A DNA stretch of 64,000 nt from an uncultured Candidatus Peribacteria bacterium. Lineage in GTDB: Bacteria; Patescibacteriota; Gracilibacteria; UBA1369. This document shows, piece by piece, positions 17,113-25,428 of the stretch (the first letter of the stretch is position 1; each line of letters opens with the position of its first letter). The position numbers and the translations under genes were made by a program. The notes below the pieces were generated by a model. The model worked only from the letters and a program-made list of their open reading frames with translations. It searched no databases and was not told the DNA's origin. The stretch is from assembly GCA_964528305.1 (NCBI GenBank), contig CAZGSD010000001.1:133749-197748 (forward strand), written 5' to 3'.

Positions 17113-17948
17113 CTCTGAAAAAAGTTGGCGCCGTCTTTGTCTTCGGGGAGAGTTTCTTGGGACTCGGCTTCTTCTTGGCTAGTGCCGGCGTATTCCACTC
17201 CATAGGTGGTGCTGGAAGCCAGGAAATCATTGCCCCAGTTGAGGTAATACCAGTAGTAAACCATGGCTAGGGAAGCCTGGAAAAAGCCGATGGCCCCCCA
17301 GGTGATGGGTAGGGCTGTGAAAAGCAGTACGGTGGGACTTTTGAATAGTTGGAAGAGGAATAAATTGGCGGCGGTGGCGATCAGTACGCCGAGTATGGTG
17401 GTGTAGACAGCCAGTAATGGATAGCGGTCGTCATTGAGGATTTCCATGATTAGAGCGGCGGCGATGGAGACCATTACCACCTGTAAACCGGCGGCGGCGG
17501 CGGTGAATTCCAGGCTGCCACTGGAGGTGGTGAGGTAGATGGGGGCAGTGAAGGCGAAAATAATCAGATTCATAATGAAAATCTGATAGATGGCTGTGAC
17601 CATCCGTGGGTAGCGCAAACGCTCAGTATAGGAGAGCAGCCAGGGCGTGAGCATACTGGAAATCAATGAGGTAGAGAAAATCATAGCCATCAAGATGACG
17701 ATGAAAATAGGGCTGATGGTGGCTCCCTCGACGGCGGCGGGGCTGAGAATTGGTTCCAGCGCGGAAGAAGCAGCCAGGAAAATCAGCAGCAATACGAGTG
17801 AACCTGCCATGCCGCCGCATAGTCCCAAAAATGTTTTAGCAAAAACGGTGAAAAGCGTCAGCTGGCGTGGACCGTAAGCTTCAGCTGCTTGAACGGCTGG
17901 AGCCGCATTAGAAGCGCTATTATCAGTTGGATTTGATGTGTTTTCCAT
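17109..17948 (-). CDS. Hypothetical polytopic membrane protein
   Basis: 279 aa with about 7 hydrophobic segments and an acidic C-terminus. No recognisable motif. Confidence 0.6.
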   Translation of the reverse strand: MENTSNPTDNSASNAAPAVQAAEAYGPRQLTLFTVFAKTFLGLCGGMAGSLVLLLIFLAASSALEPILSPAAVEGATISPIFIVILMAMIFSTSLISSMLTPWLLSYTERLRYPRMVTAIYQIFIMNLIIFAFTAPIYLTTSSGSLEFTAAAAGLQVVMVSIAAALIMEILNDDRYPLLAVYTTILGVLIATAANLFLFQLFKSPTVLLFTALPITWGAIGFFQASLAMVYYWYYLNWGNDFLASSTTYGVEYAGTSQEEAESQETLPEDKDGANFFQS

Positions 17949-17957
17949 ACGGAAATT

Positions 17958-18449
17958 TTATTTTGGTCTTTTTATTCTATCATAAAATAGCAAAAGAAGG
18001 AAGATGCTGATGGTAATAAAGCTGTCGGCCAGATTGAAAACAGGAAAGGTGCCGATGGCAATAAAATCAATCACATAGCCTCTAGCCAGTCGGTCGATCA
18101 GATTGCCCAGGGCGCCGGACAGAAGTAGGCTAAAAATAAAATGGCTTTTATATAGTGAAAAATTGAGATTTCGAAACAGATGAACGGCGATGGCTAGAAA
18201 AACAGCGATTTGTAGAATCAGTTGTTGCGCATAGGGCAAAGTCAGGCTGAAAGCCATGCCGCGATTATGTTCTAACTGCAGGCGGATCCAATCCCCTACC
18301 ACCGGAACGGGCTGGGAGAGGACCTGATTGAAAATTAATTTGGAGGCCTGATCGAGATAGAGCCCACCGAGTACTAGGGGGAGCCAGATGAGGCGGTTTT
18401 GGGGGTGGGGATGGGTGGGGGTGTTCATGGTTGAGAGGATAACAGTCAT
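17958..18449 (-). CDS. lspA: Lipoprotein signal peptidase (signal peptidase II)
   Basis: NRGMAFSL..., GALGNLIDRL..GYVIDFI and FPVFNLADSFITI motifs. Confidence 0.9.
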   Translation of the reverse strand: MTVILSTMNTPTHPHPQNRLIWLPLVLGGLYLDQASKLIFNQVLSQPVPVVGDWIRLQLEHNRGMAFSLTLPYAQQLILQIAVFLAIAVHLFRNLNFSLYKSHFIFSLLLSGALGNLIDRLARGYVIDFIAIGTFPVFNLADSFITISIFLLLLFYDRIKRPK

Positions 18450-18526
18450 CGGCTGGAAGGGCTTTTAGAAAAGATTGACAAAACGTGTTTTATCGTGTAG
18501 TTTAGCAGGGTTATAGAATTTCCTAG

Positions 18527-19990
18527 ATGCAAAGACGAAAACTTCATACTTATAAAGACTTTTTTAATTGCTCTGCTGCTGAACAGCGGCCTGAAGTTGT
18601 GGGAAAACTACGTACATACCCTCAGATTGCGATTGACTTGCAATCTTTAGTGGTGATGTTTTTGGATTTGAGGGAATCTGTTGATATTACAATAGTTAAT
18701 GAATTACACAAAAGCCCCTTTCATGAATTTCATCCGCAAATGGTTGAAGAGGTTGTTAAATTGTTGCAAAGGCCCGAACTGCATGATCATCCAGATTTAA
18801 AAGAACTGTGTTTAGACACAATTCTGGCATTTTTTCCAATTAATAAAATGCTGTGTGCAACATTCAATATAGCTGATGCGATTACTGAAACTCAAAAGAT
18901 TGCTTTTCTTCGTGCGGTACTTTTACGAAGTGGTACGGGAAACGTGGCATCAGCTGTGACTTTGGATCCAAAACTTGATTCAGAGAGACGACAAGTGGGC
19001 TACAGTGTTGGTGAGGCTCTTGCTGTTCCCAATATTCCGGAAATGCCGATGGTTTATTGTGGGGAAAATGTTCCCACTATGGCTTTTAGGGCTGATGGTA
19101 AGGATTGGCCTGTGCAGCAAAGCATAGAGCAGTTTCCACGTACAACAATCGTGGGTTGTAGCCGCCCAGTCCCACCCGCTGAAATGGAAACTACTATTGG
19201 TATGTCATTTGTGGCTGTGCGTGCATCGACTGATGGTATGAGGAATTGTCAGGATGTTGGTGGGGTAGTATTGGATGAAAAGACACAAAAAGTACGTCGT
19301 TTTGCTGTTAGTGATGGCGTGGGTAGCTGTTTTGGATCTCTGGCTGTCGCCCGAAAGGCTGTGTATGACGCTCTTTTGAAAATATATCCAGATAAATCCT
19401 ATGAAGAAGCTAGTGATTTTTTGGCAAAATACATGCAAGATGTTGCTAGCTCAGTGACTGGCGCTTATGATCCAGAAAGTTTTTTGCAATCATTGCAATC
19501 AATAGCAGACCAGGTTCCCCCCCGGTTATTATCGTATTACAAAGATACTGTTTTAAATGGTCCAAACGGGGTAGGCTCCGCGACACTGATTGCAGGGTTG
19601 ATTGAAAATGGATATTTCTATGATGCACATTTGGGAGATGGTGGCCGGATGATTTTTGACAAGTATGGGGAGGTGAAGTCTTTGGTATCAGTTGCTACTC
19701 ATAAAGATGTAGCCCCCCCACAAATCAATCTGGCCCAGAAAACCCCCATTCCTTTAGAGTGCGTAGATTGTTATGCAACTCCTGTAGTAGAAGGTGATAG
19801 AGTTTTTGTTTTTACAGATGGAGTTTTAAAATATTTAGATGAGAATGCTATTATGTTAATTATTCGGAATTTGATTAACAGAAAGGCCTCTAATGAAACT
19901 ATTTGTCGTGAACTAACCATGAGGAATACAACTGATGAGAAAAATCCTGGTTGGCCAGATGATGTCACTATACTAGGATTCACAATTTAA
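18527..19990 (+). CDS. Protein with a C-terminal PP2C/SpoIIE-like phosphatase domain and an uncharacterised N-terminal region of about 230 aa
   Basis: FAVSDGVGS..., GSATLIAGLIENGYFYDAHLGDGG, VFVFTDGV and WPDDVTILGF resemble PPM-type metal-binding motifs. Confidence 0.6.
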   Translation: MQRRKLHTYKDFFNCSAAEQRPEVVGKLRTYPQIAIDLQSLVVMFLDLRESVDITIVNELHKSPFHEFHPQMVEEVVKLLQRPELHDHPDLKELCLDTILAFFPINKMLCATFNIADAITETQKIAFLRAVLLRSGTGNVASAVTLDPKLDSERRQVGYSVGEALAVPNIPEMPMVYCGENVPTMAFRADGKDWPVQQSIEQFPRTTIVGCSRPVPPAEMETTIGMSFVAVRASTDGMRNCQDVGGVVLDEKTQKVRRFAVSDGVGSCFGSLAVARKAVYDALLKIYPDKSYEEASDFLAKYMQDVASSVTGAYDPESFLQSLQSIADQVPPRLLSYYKDTVLNGPNGVGSATLIAGLIENGYFYDAHLGDGGRMIFDKYGEVKSLVSVATHKDVAPPQINLAQKTPIPLECVDCYATPVVEGDRVFVFTDGVLKYLDENAIMLIIRNLINRKASNETICRELTMRNTTDEKNPGWPDDVTILGFTI

Positions 19991-20091
19991 TACTGAATGT
20001 TGTAACCGTGTTTGATTGCTTTGGCAGAGGTATTTTGTTAGTATTTTCTGGCTAAAAAGGGATGGCTAAAAGTCCCTGTTAAATTGATTTT

Positions 20092-21345
20092 ATGGGGCTG
20101 AAAGCTTTAATAGGCTGGGGTGGGAAAAAATTGACCAGGGAGAGAAAGGCTGGAAGCGGGAAAAGAGTGGACGCTGTTTTGCTGATATTAGTGCTGGTAT
20201 TGATGGTATTTGGGTTGGTAATGATTACCAGTATAGGCATACCGAAATCCATACAGCTGTCGGCGCCCAATGTTTTGTATCCCAATTGTGATGACCAGGG
20301 CGTGGACTGTTACCTGCTCTTTCGTAATCATTTGATCAGGTTGATAGTGGGGTTTGTGATGATGGTGATTATGGCTAAAATCCCCTATCGTTTCTGGAAA
20401 AAACTGGCGCCAGTGCTGTTTGTGATGACGATGATATTGCTCTTTGCCGTGTTATTTTTGGGATCACGTTATACTACCTTCGCTAGATCGTGGTTGGTGC
20501 TTTTCAATACTTCTTTTCAGCCCACCGAGTTTGCCAAATTGTTTATGGTTTTTTATCTGGCCAGCTGGCTGGATAAAAAACGGGATTCTTTAAAATCTTT
20601 TCAGAATGGATTTTTACCTTTTTGCGTGATTACTGGAGCGATAGTATTGCCGGTCATACTGCAGCCCGATCTGGGAGGGACGCTGGTGATAGCAATGATA
20701 GCTACTTCCATGTATTTCGTAGCTGGAGCTCGACTGCGGCATATTTTACTGGGAGGATTTGTGGTGTTTTTGGCGGCTTTTGTGTTGCTGGCTAATTTAT
20801 CGCATTTGCGCGAGAGATTTACGGCTTTTGTAACTAGTGATGTTAATTGCAAGGAGGATTATTGTTGGCAAACTGAACAATCGAAAATCGCTATAGGAAG
20901 TGGTGGATTCTGGGGAAAGGGGCTGACACAGGGTGTGCAAAAATCCTATTGGTTGCCTCAGGCTACCGATGACTTCATCTTTGCAGCCTCGGCTGAAGAA
21001 TTGGGGTTTTCACGTATTTCACTGCTGGTACTAGCTTATTTCGCTATAGGTTGGCGGGGTTATTTGATAGCGAAGGGAGCGGAGAATCGCTTTGTTAATC
21101 TGACAGCTATTGGTTTGACGGCCTGGATAGTGTTTCAGGCTTTTGTAAATATAGCGGTAAATGTGGCTTTGATGCCGGTGACTGGTATAACACTTCCTTT
21201 TATTAGTTACGGCGGATCGTCACTACTGTCTGTGCTGGTAGCGACCGGCGTTTTATTGCAACTGTCTAAGCATTCCAATTATGAAAATAATCATAGCCGG
21301 AGGCGGCAGCGGGGGGCATATTATTCCCAATATCGCCCTTCTTGA
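20092..21345 (+). CDS. ftsW: FtsW/RodA/SpoVE family peptidoglycan polymerase
   Basis: FQPTEFAKL, DDFIFA.. and TGITLPFISYGGSSLL motifs, with about 10 TM segments. Adjacent to murG. Confidence 0.9.
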   Translation: MGLKALIGWGGKKLTRERKAGSGKRVDAVLLILVLVLMVFGLVMITSIGIPKSIQLSAPNVLYPNCDDQGVDCYLLFRNHLIRLIVGFVMMVIMAKIPYRFWKKLAPVLFVMTMILLFAVLFLGSRYTTFARSWLVLFNTSFQPTEFAKLFMVFYLASWLDKKRDSLKSFQNGFLPFCVITGAIVLPVILQPDLGGTLVIAMIATSMYFVAGARLRHILLGGFVVFLAAFVLLANLSHLRERFTAFVTSDVNCKEDYCWQTEQSKIAIGSGGFWGKGLTQGVQKSYWLPQATDDFIFAASAEELGFSRISLLVLAYFAIGWRGYLIAKGAENRFVNLTAIGLTAWIVFQAFVNIAVNVALMPVTGITLPFISYGGSSLLSVLVATGVLLQLSKHSNYENNHSRRRQRGAYYSQYRPS

Positions 21346-22354
21346 AGCCTTGAGAAAACAAGATAGCGCCTCTTGGCAGGTGCTGTACCTCGGATCGGCT
21401 CGCGGCATGGAGGCCCAGCTGATACCAGCAAGCGGATATCAATTCCGGGCAATCAGCTGTGGAAAGCTGCGACGTTATTTTAGTCTGGAAAATTTTCTGG
21501 ATATATTTCGAATGCTGAAAGGGGTGATGCAGAGTTTGTTGATAATCTGGCGCTTTCAGCCGGATGTGATTTTTTGTAAAGGGGGATATGTTAGTTTACC
21601 GGTGGCTATTGCCGGAGGATTGCTGCGAAAACCTGTAATCATACACGAATCTGATGTGCGGATGGGACTGAGTAATAAACTAGCCGCCATAATGGCTACA
21701 CTAATTTGCGTTTCCTTCCCGGAGACTTTGCGAGTGATGGGCGGGGATAAGAGGGTTGTGTTGACGGGGAATCCGGTGAGGGCGGGGTTGGGTGATGGCA
21801 AAGCGGCGGCTGGCTGGAAGCTGACTGGATTAAAATCTGGGAAGCCAGTGATACTGGTGATGGGCGGAAGTCAGGGAGCTCAATTTATTAACGCATTGAT
21901 AGATGAAAATCTGTCTGTATTGCTGAAGCATTATCAAGTGATACATATACGTGGAAAAGGAAATCTGGCTGGGGCGCCGGCCCGGCCCGGCTATTTTGCC
22001 TGCGAATATCTGGGTGATGAATTACCCGATGTTTATGCTATTACTGACGCGATGATCAGCCGGGCCGGCGCCAATACTCTGGCGGAAATAGCCCATCTGA
22101 GTCTGCCCGCCGTGCTAATACCGCTGACCCAGGGCAGTCGAGGAGATCAGTTGGACAATGCCCGTGTTTTTGCGAAGACCCAGGCAGCTCTGGTACTGGA
22201 AGAAAACCAGATCGGAGGGCAGGATTTAGTGGATTTGCTGGCGAAGGTTAGGAAGCGGCATCATGCGGGGGTACAGGCCGCGCGGCCGGCGGCGGAATAT
22301 CTGGCTGAATTAATTTTAAAAACTGCTCAAAAATTCCATGCAAAAAAAGCTTAA
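21281..22354 (+). CDS. murG: UDP-GlcNAc:undecaprenyl-PP-MurNAc-pentapeptide GlcNAc transferase MurG
   Basis: MKIIIAGGGSGGHIIPNIAL... and GGSQGA... motifs. It overlaps the ftsW 3' end by 65 nt. Confidence 0.92.
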   Translation: MKIIIAGGGSGGHIIPNIALLEALRKQDSASWQVLYLGSARGMEAQLIPASGYQFRAISCGKLRRYFSLENFLDIFRMLKGVMQSLLIIWRFQPDVIFCKGGYVSLPVAIAGGLLRKPVIIHESDVRMGLSNKLAAIMATLICVSFPETLRVMGGDKRVVLTGNPVRAGLGDGKAAAGWKLTGLKSGKPVILVMGGSQGAQFINALIDENLSVLLKHYQVIHIRGKGNLAGAPARPGYFACEYLGDELPDVYAITDAMISRAGANTLAEIAHLSLPAVLIPLTQGSRGDQLDNARVFAKTQAALVLEENQIGGQDLVDLLAKVRKRHHAGVQAARPAAEYLAELILKTAQKFHAKKA

Positions 22355-23528
22355 AATTGGTGTTAATGGGCGCTTTTTTTGCCAGCCATATACCGGCGTG
22401 GGATGCTATGTGCTGGGGATTTTGCCGGAGCTGGCCCGCCAAAATCCTAAATGGGAAATAGTGATAGCTGTTCCATCGACGCCGCCGCAATGGGTGATGG
22501 AAAAGATGGCTGGGCTGGATAATATTCGTTTTGAGCTGATAGTGGAATCTGGCTTGCTGCGGCGGCTGCATAGCGGTCTGGCCAAGGCTTATTGGGAAAA
22601 ATATCAGCTGGGGCGGCTGTGGGTTAGGGAAAAAATTGATTTACTACATCTGCCCTATCCGGCGCTATTTCGTGCGCCCAACCGCTGTCCGGTGGTGATG
22701 ACAGCGCATGATGCCATCCCCTGGGATGATAGCGAGTATGGGCGGCGCAATGCGCTCAGCGCTCTGTATAATCGGGCGACTTTGCGGGCGGCCGCCTGCT
22801 GCGATCAGTTGATTACGGTGTCGCGGGCGGCGGCGGATGAGATAGAAAGACTGCCCCGCGTTGCGGGGCCGCTGGAAGTGATTCATCTGTCTGGAGAATT
22901 ACCGGATGGTGGTGAAATGGAAGCGGAAATTGCCGGCATGATGTGGGCCAGGTTGGGCATTGATGCTGAAACACCATATCTGTTTTATATGGGTGGTTAT
23001 GATAAGCGTAAAAATGTGACCAGGCTGGTGAGGATTTTTTTGCAGCAGATAGCCCCACATTCCTCATTGAAGCTGCTACTGGGTGGCAATGCCGTCCTGC
23101 AAAACAGCCTGTTTGAGCGACCAGACTATGCCGATTCTCCTTATGCTGACCGCGTCATACCCACTGGCTTTCTGCCTGGCACAGAGGTTAGACTGCTGCT
23201 GAAAAGTGCCCGGGCGTATTTCTCACTGACTAAACGTGAAGGATTTAATCTGCCTCTACTGGAGGCTTTGACAGCCGGCTGTCCCGCGCTGGTAAGCGAT
23301 TTGCCGGTGCATCGTGAAGTGGCGGATAAGGACATCCCCGTATTTTTAGATCTACAATCCAGTGACGGCGAAATTGCTACGCAAGTACTGACTTTGCTGA
23401 ATGATAAAAATGCGTATAATAAGTGGCGTAAAGACTGCCACTCTGCCTCCACTACTTTTAGCTCACATTATAGCTGGGCAAAAAGTGCTAGGCTGCTTGG
23501 CAAGGTATATGAAAAATTTTTAAAATAG
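22338..23528 (+). CDS. Family 4 (GT-B) glycosyltransferase
   Basis: ...SLTKREGFNLPLLEALTAGCPALVSD... is the EX7E-type GT4 motif. Confidence 0.8.
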   Translation: MQKKLKIGVNGRFFCQPYTGVGCYVLGILPELARQNPKWEIVIAVPSTPPQWVMEKMAGLDNIRFELIVESGLLRRLHSGLAKAYWEKYQLGRLWVREKIDLLHLPYPALFRAPNRCPVVMTAHDAIPWDDSEYGRRNALSALYNRATLRAAACCDQLITVSRAAADEIERLPRVAGPLEVIHLSGELPDGGEMEAEIAGMMWARLGIDAETPYLFYMGGYDKRKNVTRLVRIFLQQIAPHSSLKLLLGGNAVLQNSLFERPDYADSPYADRVIPTGFLPGTEVRLLLKSARAYFSLTKREGFNLPLLEALTAGCPALVSDLPVHREVADKDIPVFLDLQSSDGEIATQVLTLLNDKNAYNKWRKDCHSASTTFSSHYSWAKSARLLGKVYEKFLK

Positions 23529-23534
23529 TCTTAA

Positions 23535-24044
23535 ATGAACTCTCTACTGATTTTATTGCCAGCCCTGATCACGCTACTTGCCATGGTGGGTATTTTCCTG
23601 GGGCTGCAGATGCGCAGCATGCAAACGAGACTCGATTTGTTGGCTTATCGATTATATTTTGAAGTTACGCGTAAAGCTGATTTGCTACCGGGACTGATAG
23701 AAAAAGTGGCCCCCGTACTAGGCAAGGAGAGATTATCTCCATTAATCGCGGCGCGAGCGAGTAGTGCGGCCAATAATCACTTTAACGCTGACAAATCTCT
23801 ACAGGAGGAGACTTTGTGGCGACTTTTTGATGAAATCTGGCGGGAAGTTATGCAAAATCCAGTATTGCAAAAGGATTTAGTTTTAGTTGCTCTGAAGCGT
23901 GACCTGAGCGATGCTGATCAAAGAATTGAAATTATACGTAATTCTTATAATCAATTGGCGCAACATTATAATAATCTGGTGGGGAACCCTCTGCTATTGG
24001 TGGTGAGCCGGATAGTGAAAGCCAAACCAGCAAACACATTTTAG
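23535..24044 (+). CDS. LemA-like membrane protein (divergent)
   Basis: An N-terminal TM, then ...RKADLLPGLIEKV...IAAR... and ...IEIIRNSYNQLAQHYNNLVGNP... follow the LemA pattern. Confidence 0.5.
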   Translation: MNSLLILLPALITLLAMVGIFLGLQMRSMQTRLDLLAYRLYFEVTRKADLLPGLIEKVAPVLGKERLSPLIAARASSAANNHFNADKSLQEETLWRLFDEIWREVMQNPVLQKDLVLVALKRDLSDADQRIEIIRNSYNQLAQHYNNLVGNPLLLVVSRIVKAKPANTF

Positions 24045-24086
24045 CCTCTTTCTGCTGCTGAAATCTTTAACTTTGGCAAAAAAGTA

Positions 24087-24115
24087 TTGACGGTGAGTAA
24101 ACACTCACCTATACT
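24087..24115 (+). promoter_or_regulatory. lexA promoter (TTGACG, 17 nt, TATACT) whose spacer is entirely an 18-bp palindrome; candidate LexA operator
   Basis: ttgacg at 24087-24092 and tatact at 24110-24115. The palindrome GGTGAGT-AAAC-ACTCACC occupies 24092-24109. Confidence 0.55.
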
Positions 24116-24147
24116 TGGTTTGAAAGTAAATATAAAAAATCAACTCC

Positions 24148-24771
24148 ATGGAAAATCTATTAACCGAAAAACAGGAGGCCTTACTGAATTTTATTGAGTC
24201 ATATCAGATGGCACATGGAGGCTCCCCTACTTTGCGCGAAATGAGAGAGTATTTTGGAGTCAGTTCAGATAATAGTATTTTGAAATTATTGAAAGCTTTA
24301 GAGGAAAAAGGTCGCATTGAAAAAGATGAACGTCATCGCGGAATAAGGTTACTTTCCAATATTAGAGAAAAATTAGAAAGTGCCTCCTTGCGACTGCCAA
24401 TACTGGGGAGCATCCCCGCTGGTAGACCAGTGGATGCCCAGGAACAGATTGATGGATATATGGCTGTGGGAGAAGAAATGGTTTTACCAGGTAAACAATC
24501 GTTTTTGCTGAGAGTTACCGGCAATAGCATGATAGATGTGGGGATTTACGAGGGCGATTTGTTGATTGTTTGTTCTGAACAGAAACCTAGAATCGGTGAC
24601 GTGGTAGCGGCCTTGGTTGATGGTCAAAGCACTGTCAAAACTTACATTGTGCGCGACGGTAAAGTGGTTTTGAAAGCTGAGAACAAAGAATATGAAGATA
24701 TTTATCCGGAGAATGAATTATGTATTCAAGGTGTAGTGACGGGTTTATTCCGATATTACAAACGGCGGTGA
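24148..24771 (+). CDS. lexA: LexA repressor
   Basis: Winged-helix N-terminus (LTEKQEALLNFIESY...SPTLREM) and the cleavage/peptidase S24 region (LPILGSIPAGRP..., VTGNSMIDVGIYEGDLLIV, ...VKTY). Confidence 0.92.
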   Translation: MENLLTEKQEALLNFIESYQMAHGGSPTLREMREYFGVSSDNSILKLLKALEEKGRIEKDERHRGIRLLSNIREKLESASLRLPILGSIPAGRPVDAQEQIDGYMAVGEEMVLPGKQSFLLRVTGNSMIDVGIYEGDLLIVCSEQKPRIGDVVAALVDGQSTVKTYIVRDGKVVLKAENKEYEDIYPENELCIQGVVTGLFRYYKRR

Positions 24772-25088
24772 ATAGGAGTGATTGAGTAGAGATAAATTTT
24801 AGGAGAGGGAAAAGGGTCTATTTGGACGCGCTATTTAAACAGCTTATTTAATTTACAATTTAATTTTACCAATATGTTAAAAATCACCATTACCAGAACT
24901 CCAACTGTTAGACTTTTTGATCGCATGCCTATGCCGAGGGGGCGCGTACGCAGCATCGGCATCTCACGTCCGAGATTGGTGGCGATTCCTGTGGGTGGAA
25001 GTTTTCAGAGGCGAGTGGCTAGGATACGTTAGAGCGCACAGGGCTACGGTATTAACAAACTTTATCAAAATATTAACCAATCAACATT

Positions 25089-25292
25089 ATGACAGCTACA
25101 CAATTTAGAAAAGTATTGCAGGATTTAACCAGCGCTGAGAAACGCCGGCTGGTGATACGGGTGGAGGCTGACGGTTGGCAGCGTGGACTGGATAAGTCCC
25201 GTGAATTGATAAGTAAAATGGAAAGAGAGATGCGTATACAAAAATTAGAGTTGGCGGTGAAGAGGTTGAATTTGAGGAGGGATTGGGTGTGA
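25089..25292 (+). CDS. Hypothetical small basic protein (67 aa)
   Basis: An ORF in an otherwise non-coding 650-nt gap. Helical and charged sequence with no recognisable family. Confidence 0.3.
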   Translation: MTATQFRKVLQDLTSAEKRRLVIRVEADGWQRGLDKSRELISKMEREMRIQKLELAVKRLNLRRDWV

Positions 25293-25428
25293 TGATAATA
25301 AATTACTTTAGGATATGCACGTGAATATGCGTGAGGCAATGTTATCTAAAAAAATCAAATGGCAGGGGGAAGAAATTTTGATATGATTGCTGCACAAATT
25401 CATTCAGCAATTTTATCAGCAATTAACA

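Noticed and set aside
21281-21345. 65-nt ftsW/murG overlap as a possible frameshift or fusion
   Set aside because: Both ORFs have intact, typical termini. murG starts with the canonical MKIIIAGGGSGGH. The overlap is more simply explained by a slightly extended FtsW tail in a compact genome.
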